A stretch of DNA of 64,000 bases, taken from NCBI GenBank assembly GCA_001804285.1, contig MHFR01000051.1, positions 46,926-110,925 of the forward strand, in the 5' to 3' direction. The translations under genes and the position numbers were made by a program. Below the pieces are notes generated by a model. The model had not been told where the DNA came from, searched no databases, and saw nothing but the letters and a program-made list of their open reading frames with translations. Below, one piece after another: positions 55,901 through 64,000 of this stretch. The stretch comes from Candidatus Danuiimicrobium aquiferis. Its GTDB lineage: Bacteria > Omnitrophota > Omnitrophia > Omnitrophales > Danuiimicrobiaceae. Within the stretch, counting starts at the first letter, position 1; the number at the start of each line of letters is the position of its first letter.

Positions 55901-58900
55901 AAATTGTAGAATGAATTCCCGGTTGATATCAGCTCGGCTGCCGCTGTTCCCGTTAATGTCACTGTTTCCGTTGTATGCGCAAAGGTCCCCGTCGCAAAAT
56001 TCCAGTTACCGGACACCGTAATATCTTTTCCGTTCGGATCAAATGTTCCCGTTGATGAATTGGTAAAATCTCCGTTCACCACCAATGCATCCTGCAGCTC
56101 AACCGTTCCCGTTCCGCTTTCCGTAAAATTGTAAAGTTCAGCGCCGTTTAGTGTCATGGCAACCGAACCGCTGTCGTTCACTTCAATCGTCGAATTTCCG
56201 GGGGTGAATGTTGCATCCGGATCGATTTCAAGTTTTCCGGCAACGGTGATGATGGTATTTTCAGATCCGGCATCGGATGCGTCCAACGTTCCCGCAACCG
56301 TCAAGCCGTCAGAACCGGTAATTTCGATATCGTAACCATTCGTGACTAACGTATCCGTCTCATTAATCGTAACCGATTCTGTCAGAATGTCAGATCCGAG
56401 CTCTACCGTTTCAGGAGAAGCTCCGATCACTAATTTCCCGAGGTTCTGTTTCGTGGTGTTGCTATCCGTAATCGTCACGTTGCCTTGGACCCATGTTTTC
56501 CCGTCACCTGTCGAAGGCGTAAATGAAGCGCCGTTCGCAATCGTCATATCCCCCTTCACAATCAGATTCTGATCGTCATCCGCCACAAACGTACCGCTCG
56601 TCACCGCAAAGTCACCTTCCACCGTCATTTCGCTTGAATCGTCAAATTGATATGTTCCGCCGCCGCCAAACACGACGTCTTTAAACACATTTCCTTTCGG
56701 CGCAATCTTGTGCGTTCCTGTTCCGTTAAAATGGACAGGCGCATTGTTGTGTGTGAATGTAGATCCGTTAGCGAGAGAAAAATCTCCCGTCACGTCCATC
56801 GGTTTCCCTTCAACGCCCACCAACGTCCCGCGCATGTCCACATCCGGAAATTCGGTTTCTTCACTGGCCTTGAAAACCGTTCCCGGCCAAATAAAAAGCT
56901 TTAATCCCTCCCCAAAGAACAATTTCTTTTGGCCATTGGTTGTCCTGGGCGTAAATCCCATATATTGCCCAAAGGTGGGATTCGTTCCCGTCGCGCAACC
57001 GCCCGCCGGATTATTGGGATTCGGCACGCACGCCTCGCCGCCATTAAATCCTTGATGCATCCTGTCAAAATCGATGATCGGAATGACAGAACTGTATTCA
57101 TTGCGGATAATCACGTGATTCAGGTAAATATCCATTCCGCTCTTGCTTCCTGCGTCCGTCACAAACGTTAAAACACCTTTTTTGAAATTAGACGGCGGCA
57201 CATAATTTCCGTTAAACGGATCGCAACTTGTGCATGTAGGTTCAACAAAAACGGTCACCAAATCGCCGGCAAGAACAAACATATGCATTTCATATTGGCC
57301 GTTTTGATTCGTGACAATATGATTTCCCAAACCGAACCCATAAGCAAACGCGCCTTTGTCCGCCAAATTCACCCGCGCACCGGCAAGCGGCGTCACGCCC
57401 GCATCGGAATAAACCGTTCCCTGAAGTACAATCTCTACCCCGAATTTCCAATTCATATTCCGTCCGCCGTCAATCGCATGCTGTCCGTACGTAATCACCG
57501 GCGCCGGATTGACATTTAATGAATCCGTAATGCTGATCCAACTAACCACTCTCGTCCCGCGCGGGTCGATTTTCCATTGGGTTTCAGGCTCACTGCTCAC
57601 CAGCGAAATATTTCCCGTTTCCGTGCCCTTCAGATCCGTCGTGTGTAAAACAATCTGCAGTTTACCGGCTTCAAACGTGAGCGTATCCGCCACCGCCACA
57701 TTTTTCTTTAAATCATAGAAAGTCGTCTCGCCCAATATCGATTGGCCGGTTCCGTTTAGCGTTACCATGTTCTGCCGCGGTAAAAATACATCCCGATTAA
57801 CCCAGTTGCCCGCTACATTTATTGGGAAGTTTCCGTCTAATTGGGCATCCAACGTGCCGCCGGTAATGGTTAAATCGCCGCTGACGGTTAGTGGCCCTTG
57901 CAGAATAAAAATAGCGGCCCCGCCCCCGTCATCAAACGTTAAATCATGAAATGCGGAAATTCCGGGCGCAAGTTGAAGCTGACCGGCCTGCGCATTTAAC
58001 AAGACTTTGCCGGCCTGCGCATTAAACGCTCCCGCATTCAGCCACTTTCCGCCCACATTGATCTGAAAACTGTTCTCGCTCGCATCCAATGTTCCGGCCG
58101 TAATATTCAAATCACCGGCCACAACAAGAGGCGCCCCAAGTTGAAACGTGTCTTGATTTGTTTCGGATGGATCATTGACCGTTAAATGATGGAACGTCGT
58201 TGCAATATCCGTAAGAATGTGCGTCGTTGCCGCCGAATCTCCGTCACCGACAAAAGTCACGATGGAACCTTCATGGTTTGTTAAGAGGACTGAAAGGCTT
58301 TCACTGCCTTGAAGTTGAATATTGCCGGAATTATTAATGGCTGTGGCAGACGAAATGTTGTGCCCGTTCAGATCGAGCGTCCCGGCCGTCAGAGTCAGTT
58401 CTCCGTCAACGTCCAAATGATTCGTATCAAGCTGTACCGTTCCGGTGGCTTTATTAATGACAACCGTGTTGAAATCCTGACTGTCTTCCGTCCCGCCACT
58501 AATGATTTTTGTGGTATTTGGGCCGGCAATCGGATTGACGAAATTAACCACTCCCGTGCCGGACACAAAACTTCCCTGGTTCGTCCAATCGCCGGCAACA
58601 AAAATATTATAATTAAGTCCGTCAGCCGTAAAGGATGCGGCAGGTTTAATCGTAAAACTTCCATCCACACGAAGCGTGCCGCCCGCCGGTGCAAAGGTTC
58701 CGCTGATTTCCAATCCGCCTGTTCCGACAATTACATTTCCGTTCGGCGAAAATGTCGAACCGGCATTGATCAGGAGTTTAACACCATTTTCGACCGTCAG
58801 GATTTTCGGGATTCCGTTGTCCGCGTTGTAAAGCATATTCACGGCATCCTGGTCGTTGTCGTAATCAATCAGATTCGGAATCGCAACCGGATTGGCCCCG

Positions 58901-61900
58901 TTATCGGAACGCAGAATCACGGCATTTTGAATAAGATGTAAATTTGTTAGCGGAGAAATTCCGTCGGTGATTGTTACCGTATTCGCTTTTGCCGAACCGG
59001 TCGAATAGACGGTCAGCCGGTCACCGGCATTGGCTTTTACACCAAGCACCGTGAAACTTCCGTCCGTCGCAGAGCAGCTTGCCGTTGTTACGCTTCCGCC
59101 GTTTACCCGAAGCGAAATATTTTCCGCATTTCCGTCACAAATGCCACCGTTCCCCGACGTTGCGGGCGTTGTTCCATCTTGCAAATAAAAAATGCCTCGT
59201 AGCGTCACCCACCCCCAATTCAAATTGTTGCCACTATCGATCGCGTTGGTATGCTGGACGAATAATCCACTGCGAGCATCACTATCCTGCGCATCCACAT
59301 AATCAATCGCAAACGCTCCCATCGCCGCAAGCAGCCACTGGGCTCCCGGAACATTCGACCGCAAATTAATCCGGTCGTCCGTATCCAAACCATCCAATGT
59401 CAGCGTACCCAAAATCGTTTGCGTGGCAGCATTGTCAAACGTCAATGTCACATCCGTCGAATCATTCGTCGGTTCAATCTTCATTAAATGATTGAATGTA
59501 TTTGTTCCGCTGATCGCTTGATTCGTTCCGTCGAAACGAACGGTTCCGGTATTGTGATCGAAGACAGATGTGCCCGTATGTATCCAGTCGCCGGAAACGG
59601 TAAACCGGTCTCCGTTCGGCGCTGTCATCGTTCCGGTATCGGAAAGCGTAAAGTTACCGTTCACATCCGTATTTCCGGCACCGCCCGTATAAGAGCCGCT
59701 TGAAATTGTAAGGCCGCCGTTAAAGTTTTGTTGTGCGACACCCGCGGTACAAGTTCCGCCGTTAACAGTTGCAAGACCCGTTACGGTTGTAATTTGACCG
59801 TTTGCGTTATACGTTGCCGAAGTGACATTCAGTGTACCGGCAATCGTGAGTGCTCCCCCCGCAATAAATGTCCGCTTTGTCGCATTGATATCATTAATCA
59901 CCAAATTGTAATAATCCGTCGCGCCGAAATCTTTAATCGTCAGATTCCCGGCTGTGTTATCGCCCGCATATGAATAAGTACCGCTATCAATATCATTCGC
60001 CGCCCAGAACAAAGTTTCGTTTCCTGTTAATTTAATGGTTCCTGCAATATTTCCACGGGTCGGCGCACCGGCGCCGGAGCCATCAATCACATTCTTTCCA
60101 TTTAAATCAAAAATACCGTCCGTAACCGTCAGCGTACCGTTCACACCCAAATGATTCGTAATCAATTGCAGTGTCCCGCCTGGCTTGTTCACTGTGAAAT
60201 GCTGGAAGTCGAAAACGTCCGTTGTTCCGCCGGTATTAATAGTAGCCGTGTTAGCTCCGGCAGACGGGTTGTCAAAAAATACGGTACTCTTCGTCAGCGC
60301 CGGATCCGCATTATAAACGCCTGCGCCCGAAGTGAAGGTTCCCGCATTCGTCCAGTTCCCGCCGACATTGATGTTGAATGTACTACCGCCGGTAGACAAT
60401 GTAGAAGCCGCATTAATCGTCACATTTCCTTCAACATCTAAATTGCCACCCAATGTAATCGAGGCTACACCAACGATAATATTTCCAAATGACATCGTTG
60501 CTGCCGCACCTTGTCCATCCAGTGTCGATGACACATAAAATCCAACCGTCGAATTGTTTGTAATCGCATCTACCGTTCCGGCAGTATATGTCCAGTTTTG
60601 TCCGGAAGAAATGGTGCAGTTTGCGGAAGCACAAAGCGTAAGCGTTCCAGCAGTTTTATTGACCTCGATTTTCGGCAAACGGCCCTGACCTGCCGCGCCG
60701 CTGCTGGTTAACGTCTGATTACCGTCTGAACTTGCCCCTTCACCCGCACCTGCGACAATGTTGATCGTCGCCGTCCCACCACCGCCCGCAAACGTATTTG
60801 TCACGGTAATATTCCCTTTGGCATTTATTTCAATGCCGTCCGAATCATTCGTGTTAATGGTCACGCCATTATTTCCGCCAATCGTTAGCGTCCCCGGGAC
60901 CGTTAATACCGTTCCGGAGGCAAATGTAAACGTCCTTGCCGAGGTAAATCCGTTAAACTGAACATCATTCAGCGTTTGGCTCCCTGTAATTGTAGAAGTG
61001 CCCGATAATGCCTGGAACGCAATGGTTGTATTGGCAACGCTGAACGTTCCGCCAACACGTGTAAATGTCCAGCTATTGTTGGAAACGATGTTTCCGGTCA
61101 GCGTCAAATCCCCGGCTGTTTTATTGATCCAAACCTGCGGCAGTCCGCCTTGCGTAATCGTTATATTGCTGGTCAATGTTTGATCTCCCGTGCCGTCAAT
61201 AATCAGCTTTGCCGTCCCACCACTGGCGGCATTGGCGGCCGTATTGGTGTAATTGATAGCAGCTCCGCGCGCATAAAGATTCCCGGTGTTCAGCGTCAGT
61301 GCACCGGCACCGGATAGAGTCAATGTCCCATTCGCGATGACATTCGCACCGAGCAATGTATACGTACGCGCTGCAGCAGCGGTAAATTCCAAATTATTAA
61401 ATGTCAGGTTCCCCGTAATGGTGCACGCAACACTAAAAATCTGGTTTGTCGGCGGATTGGTTAACGTTCCGCCAACCGCATCAAAATTTCCATTCATCGT
61501 AATCGTTCCGGAGCCGTCGCCGCCATTCCATGTACCATTCAAATCAATACCGCCCGTTCCCGTCGTCACATTTCCACCCGGCACAAAGATGTCACCCGCT
61601 TGAATCCAAAGTTCGGTACCCGCCACCGCACTGAGAGTCAACGTATTCGGAGAACCAGAAACCGCATCAAACAACATATTCGTCGTATCATTCCCGTTCG
61701 GGCTCGCGCGGTCATAATCAACTAAATCCGGAATCGCAATTGCCGCCGCCGCACTGTCATTCCGGACAATCACATGCGCGCCCATAATCGCTATGTCTGT
61801 AATATTTGTCGTGCCATCCGTAATAGCAACCGTATTTCCCTTTGTTGCACCGGTCAAATAAAATGTCAGTGTCTGGCCCGCAACCGCGGAAACATTATTA

Positions 61901-64000
61901 AAGTTAAAAGCCCCGACCGCATCCGTTGTCGTGGTGGCAAGCCCCGTTCCGTCAATCCGCATTGCCACCGCGGCGGAGGCAATGGGCGTGACCTCGTCAG
62001 ACGTATAAACCGTTCCCGTGATATTGAATCCCGCAAAGCCCCAGTTAACGTTATTGCCGCCATTCGACGCATTGGAATGTGTCATCACCGTTGCATTAAT
62101 ATTGTTTGAATTGGAAACAGTCACGTAGGAAATATTGCGCTCGCCCTGAGGATCGATCCGCCAGCGGCCGGTGCCGCTTGTCCAGCGGTTCAATACAATG
62201 TTATTGTCTTGCACCCCGTTTATTGTCCACGTTCCGGCAATAATATTCGCGTGCGTAGTGCTCGGCTCGAAAGTGATCGTCTTTCCCGCAGTCGTACATT
62301 TAAAATGATTAAATGTCGTAAATCCCGTCAGCACACTGGCACTTGCGCTGTCAAAGGTTACCGTCCCGGTTGAGGGCGTAAACGTACCGCCGCTGTATGT
62401 CCAATCTTCGGCAACTGTAAACCGCTCGCCGTCCGGAGCAATTAATGTCCCGCTGGTAATCGATACATCCGTTGCATCGATGGTGCCGCCTGTCGCATCA
62501 AGTGTTCCACCGGCAATCGACAATGTCCCGTTCGATGTCAATGTCGCTGTGTTGGTGCTGATATCCAATGTCCCATTCGTCAGGGTCAACGTATTGTTCA
62601 CCGTCAAATTTTGTCCGGCCATCACCTGCCACACCCCCCCCGATCCGCTAAGAGTAAGGTTATTAAATGCCGACGCTCCGGGACTGACGGATTTAGTTGA
62701 AGTGGCCGAAAACACAACGCTCCCTGTATACGAATTGAGCGTAGCAGAGTTGCTCCATCCACCCGCAACCGTAAGGGTTTTAGCATTTACTGAAAAACTG
62801 CCTCCTGACATCGCAAAATCTCCGGAAACAGTTAAGTTCGCCCCAAGAGAGATGGTCCCCCCGAACCCCTCATCTGCGGTAAGGTCCTTAATCGTTGTGG
62901 CAGTAGAATTCATGCTGACAGAGCCTGCCCCTGAGTTCCCATCAAAATATGCTGATTCAGTGCTCGTATCAGGCACGCCGGCTCCGCCCGGGCCGCCTGA
63001 GGTCGATGCCCAATTGTATGAATTCGACCAATTTCCGCCGCTTGGGCTGCCGACCCAATAATAGGTGCCGGAGAAATCCCAATCCGTATTGGTTCCCGCG
63101 TCCGTACTGTTAACCGCCGGCCTTGTAATCTCAGAAATATTATTCGAATCCTTCAGATCAACATATTGAACGTTTGTGTGTGTCGGGTCAACGTTCCATT
63201 GATCGTCGGCACTATTGTCATCGTCGTCTTCACTGCTCCGTACCGATAATAGCGCACCGGCACTTCCGGTCAGGGTCAACGTACCCATAACCGTTTGAGT
63301 CGATCCCTTTTGAAACGTCAGCGTCTTTGCAGACGTAACTGTTTTTGTTAAGTTATAAAATGTATTACTTCCAGAAATGGATTGATCTCCTCCAAGCAAT
63401 AATACGGCACCAGTCGATACCGTAAACGCCCCCCCAGACCTTGACCAATTTCCAGACAATTCGATATTCCTATTATTTTGTGCCAACGACCCACCGTTCA
63501 TTGTAAAGTTTCCCGAAACCGTCATACCAACGCTCAATGATATCTGTCCGGGGTAATCGGCAGTAATCGTAACATTTCTCGCCGTAAGCCAACAATTAGT
63601 CTGCATTGAGCTTGAGCCTGAATTCCCATCGAATACCACATCTGTTCCCGACGTGGGCGCTCCTGCCCCGCCCGGGCCTCCAGAACTGGTTGCCCACGAA
63701 GAGCTATTACACCAACTCGCAGTACCACCCACCCAATAATAAGTCGGAGTATCCGAAATGCTCCAGTTCGTATTCGTTCCCGAATCGGTACTTTGATAAA
63801 CGGTGATTGCGGTTGCATTGGAGTTATTTGAATCCTTCACATCTACATAGGAAATAGTGCGCGTCCCCGAAGGATTAATCGTCCATTGATCGGCAACATC
63901 ATTATCGCCGTCATTTTCACTGCTTCGCAGAGACAATAACGCCCCGGCAGCACCTCGCAAAGTCAATGTGCCAGATATGGTTTGGGTGGAACTCTTCTGA
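52972..64000 (-). CDS. Giant secreted/surface repeat protein (>3,664 aa within the window; the 5' end lies beyond the window). It is a beta-helical passenger-type repeat protein with carboxypeptidase-regulatory-like and Ig-like domains
   Basis: A single ORF of 10,995 nt ends at 52972. Translation upstream of the printed M (a TTG) continues in-frame to the window edge. The composition is dominated by G/T/N/S/A. Repeats resemble autotransporter-associated beta-strand repeats: (I/V)NKTAGTLTL..GN and VNKPGGTLQLITNHLGVNGTLTVTDGIFDLNGKNVI. A higher-order module recurs at least five times, ending ...GTLTLTGSAGALLSVRSSEDDDDNSADDQWNVDPTHTNVQYVDLKDSNN ... NW.F. Each is followed by a GTVYxxDxxTPxAxAxV beta-sandwich. 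The C-terminal ~900 aa carry Ig-like (Big-type) repeats. Confidence 0.85.
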   Translation of the reverse strand, partial: QKSSTQTISGTLTLRGAAGALLSLRSSENDGDNDVADQWTINPSGTRTISYVDVKDSNNSNATAITVYQSTDSGTNTNWSISDTPTYYWVGGTASWCNSSSWATSSGGPGGAGAPTSGTDVVFDGNSGSSSMQTNCWLTARNVTITADYPGQISLSVGMTVSGNFTMNGGSLAQNNRNIELSGNWSRSGGAFTVSTGAVLLLGGDQSISGSNTFYNLTKTVTSAKTLTFQKGSTQTVMGTLTLTGSAGALLSVRSSEDDDDNSADDQWNVDPTHTNVQYVDLKDSNNISEITRPAVNSTDAGTNTDWDFSGTYYWVGSPSGGNWSNSYNWASTSGGPGGAGVPDTSTESAYFDGNSGAGSVSMNSTATTIKDLTADEGFGGTISLGANLTVSGDFAMSGGSFSVNAKTLTVAGGWSNSATLNSYTGSVVFSATSTKSVSPGASAFNNLTLSGSGGVWQVMAGQNLTVNNTLTLTNGTLDISTNTATLTSNGTLSIAGGTLDATGGTIDATDVSITSGTLIAPDGERFTVAEDWTYSGGTFTPSTGTVTFDSASASVLTGFTTFNHFKCTTAGKTITFEPSTTHANIIAGTWTINGVQDNNIVLNRWTSGTGRWRIDPQGERNISYVTVSNSNNINATVMTHSNASNGGNNVNWGFAGFNITGTVYTSDEVTPIASAAVAMRIDGTGLATTTTDAVGAFNFNNVSAVAGQTLTFYLTGATKGNTVAITDGTTNITDIAIMGAHVIVRNDSAAAAIAIPDLVDYDRASPNGNDTTNMLFDAVSGSPNTLTLSAVAGTELWIQAGDIFVPGGNVTTGTGGIDLNGTWNGGDGSGTITMNGNFDAVGGTLTNPPTNQIFSVACTITGNLTFNNLEFTAAAARTYTLLGANVIANGTLTLSGAGALTLNTGNLYARGAAINYTNTAANAASGGTAKLIIDGTGDQTLTSNITITQGGLPQVWINKTAGDLTLTGNIVSNNSWTFTRVGGTFSVANTTIAFQALSGTSTITGSQTLNDVQFNGFTSARTFTFASGTVLTVPGTLTIGGNNGVTINTNDSDGIEINAKGNITVTNTFAGGGGTATINIVAGAGEGASSDGNQTLTSSGAAGQGRLPKIEVNKTAGTLTLCASANCTISSGQNWTYTAGTVDAITNNSTVGFYVSSTLDGQGAAATMSFGNIIVGVASITLGGNLDVEGNVTINAASTLSTGGSTFNINVGGNWTNAGTFTSGAGVYNADPALTKSTVFFDNPSAGANTATINTGGTTDVFDFQHFTVNKPGGTLQLITNHLGVNGTLTVTDGIFDLNGKNVIDGSGAGAPTRGNIAGTIKLTGNETLFWAANDIDSGTYSYAGDNTAGNLTIKDFGATDYYNLVINDINATKRTFIAGGALTIAGTLNVTSATYNANGQITTVTGLATVNGGTCTAGVAQQNFNGGLTISSGSYTGGAGNTDVNGNFTLSDTGTMTAPNGDRFTVSGDWIHTGTSVFDHNTGTVRFDGTNQAISGTNTFNHLMKIEPTNDSTDVTLTFDNAATQTILGTLTLDGLDTDDRINLRSNVPGAQWLLAAMGAFAIDYVDAQDSDARSGLFVQHTNAIDSGNNLNWGWVTLRGIFYLQDGTTPATSGNGGICDGNAENISLRVNGGSVTTASCSATDGSFTVLGVKANAGDRLTVYSTGSAKANTVTITDGISPLTNLHLIQNAVILRSDNGANPVAIPNLIDYDNDQDAVNMLYNADNGIPKILTVENGVKLLINAGSTFSPNGNVIVGTGGLEISGTFAPAGGTLRVDGSFTIKPAASFTADGLNYNIFVAGDWTNQGSFVSGTGVVNFVNPIAGPNTTKIISGGTEDSQDFNTVVINKATGTVQLDTNHLDVDGELTLTAGTLDLNGHNISSATAINNSGNIQLQGSESLSVLLTNHEGSIVTFVGDGDSAATTHILTDIATTFHHLTVNDPSETNQDTFQLGAPLVVAGDLNITAGTLDASENSFQINVGGKWLNAGAFNAQAGKVLLNAQAGQLQLAPGISAFHDLTFDDGGGAAIFILQGPLTVSGDLTITGGTLDAQLDGNFPINVAGNWVNRDVFLPRQNMVTLNGTGQSILGETTFYDLKKNVAVADTLTFEAGKLQIVLHTTDLKGTETGNISLVSSEPETQWKIDPRGTRVVSWISITDSLNVNPAPVITYGQHAIDGGRNMNWKFGVEIVLQGTVYSDAGVTPLAGARVNLADKGAFAYGFGLGNHIVTNQNGQYEMHMFVLAGDLVTVFVEPTCTSCDPFNGNYVPPSNFKKGVLTFVTDAGSKSGMDIYLNHVIIRNEYSSVIPIIDFDRMHQGFNGGEACVPNPNNPAGGCATGTNPTFGQYMGFTPRTTNGQKKLFFGEGLKLFIWPGTVFKASEETEFPDVDMRGTLVGVEGKPMDVTGDFSLANGSTFTHNNAPVHFNGTGTHKIAPKGNVFKDVVFGGGGTYQFDDSSEMTVEGDFAVTSGTFVADDDQNLIVKGDMTIANGASFTPSTGDGKTWVQGNVTITDSNTTKQNLGKLVIGASPETVELGSDILTESVTINETDTLVTNGYDIEITGSDGLTVAGTLDASDAGSENTIITVAGKLEIDPDATFTPGNSTIEVNDSGSVAMTLNGAELYNFTESGTGTVELQDALVVNGDFTNSSTGTFDPNGKDITVSGNWNFATGTFAHTTETVTLTGTAAAELISTGNSFYNLVIEKSGVGDADDVNVSTKNLVVNGTLTILDGELVQEENVELNAYKVVIETDGAWTHAGGSSSDEATITIGEGGLVNAGTVSLNGAGGASGGGDSDVIKIRSTVEGVQRLWSGTGTFACFDVDVKDQKSEKIIDCYSGTNSGNNTNWLFHQSLDHFVVTSTSPGTIASGNTITVRVTPYDNGGVPILATYSGEKSITFSGPTATNGKTPFARDKNGIVVNIGSSTLLDFLCGGGSCKAETDVTLYTAETVSLDASDGTYDSTGSADYDLDLVVGSLTASAIQFSTAPAPASIFAGSVFTTQPVVSILDEAGNAISSDSISRIKLTAVLASDGTTVAPGTLSSSALDEDNTITVTGGVATFSNVSYNEGGVIKLKAELVGNDLIAPVLSSEITVTSTRSEIHFVNVSGIEVSNYSIGDYVYVKVLDADRNRDPLVKDAIKVTVSNPATGDSEEINLLESDVDSGIFINTSSVPYNPFPTVQNRTGHVDNGTLEVSGGGDLVTVTYTDSNDSTDTSTDTVTFGSVSYLIELLTQGLVKAGTPFDVRISAVETGAGGNKAVVSYSGTANLGVQYINPTAGTKQFVPAVVSNFSGGIATASLQYDDAGIIQVLASDSADGVIKGVSGNLTVIPYEYKVVVDEKSFAVGKDFEMTVTAVNQSGEVTSNYDGAADVTVVTEDGGTVENLAVTNLSSISNGTVTLTNRFNAWGEVSLKVIDTQYPELLFGTSESVSFVASKFQIELSKPADASRAQADLYTYYDGEKFTATVSAFDFNNQAITNYAGKIGLSSGVELGLPEEYEFTGSDQGIHVFNIIGPGDLPEFSITAEDADAEGESSPKAEVVKATIVIESSYGALNEPVKVTIKVVDSKGQVIKTDSTRVTVQYYLPEGKPVGQTGDSLLPSLTLPKQTEFVMKNGVCTFEMKSSAVETIYVGAAVMPESAVTVSEKRGVINFGSVGSRNLRIVTWKEMPAEMKPPEKK

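Noticed and set aside
52972-64000. Giant protein as an RHS/YD-repeat polymorphic toxin or an ordinary autotransporter
   Set aside because: No YD/RHS repeat motifs, no PAAR or VgrG context, no C-terminal beta-barrel translocator (the C-terminus ends in Ig-like repeats and a short charged tail), and no TpsB partner in the window. It is a passenger-type beta-helix repeat protein of unassigned family.

Overview
This ~64 kb window looks like a chromosomal segment of a Gram-negative (diderm) bacterium, probably from an uncultivated lineage. The diderm call rests on LptD, an LpxL/HtrB-type lipid A acyltransferase, secretins and sigma-54. About 85-90% is coding, and most genes lie on the minus strand.

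Gene content, left to right:
- Glycan and nucleotide-sugar block (1-10.9 kb): three GT2 glycosyltransferases, an ArnT/PMT-like GT-C membrane glycosyltransferase, gmd plus a GDP-sugar reductase/epimerase, UDP-glucuronate decarboxylase, rmlD-rmlB-rmlA and ugd.
- lptD, two tandem membrane GGDEF diguanylate cyclases, an orphan MalK-like ABC ATPase, accD and rpoN.
- Plus-strand type IV pilin locus (20-27.3 kb): four tandem paralogous pilins, two minor pilins, a 1042-aa PilX-N-domain Cys-rich putative tip protein and a further pilin.
- tRNA-Thr(CGT), thiD, metW-metX-metY, pncA-pncB, a GT2, lpxL-like, a catalytically degenerate M48-like lipoprotein and tRNA-Arg(TCG).
- A repeat-rich islet at tRNA-Arg, containing a DUF2934 protein, a ROK kinase bracketed by ~170-bp inverted repeats, and a secreted hypothetical protein.
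- One minus-strand T2SS/T4aP-type machinery cluster (40.5-52.7 kb): four pseudopilins, gspG, gspF, secretin, pilO/N/M-like genes, a ParA-like ATPase, a short MerR regulator and gspE.
- Immediately upstream of that cluster, a giant ORF (>3,664 aa within the window, running off the window edge). It encodes a G/T/N-rich beta-helical protein built from autotransporter-passenger-like repeats.

Three families of small palindromic repeats are interspersed. Two copies of one family sit in-frame inside the GT-C glycosyltransferase ORF.

The leading candidate for something new is the giant repeat protein coupled to the hybrid T2SS/T4P machinery, together with the pilin array and Cys-rich tip protein. 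The repeat biology comes second. The ORF track prints alternative start codons (TTG/GTG) as M, so several true starts are probably internal. Hand-counted coordinates for repeats and hairpins may be off by one or two bases.
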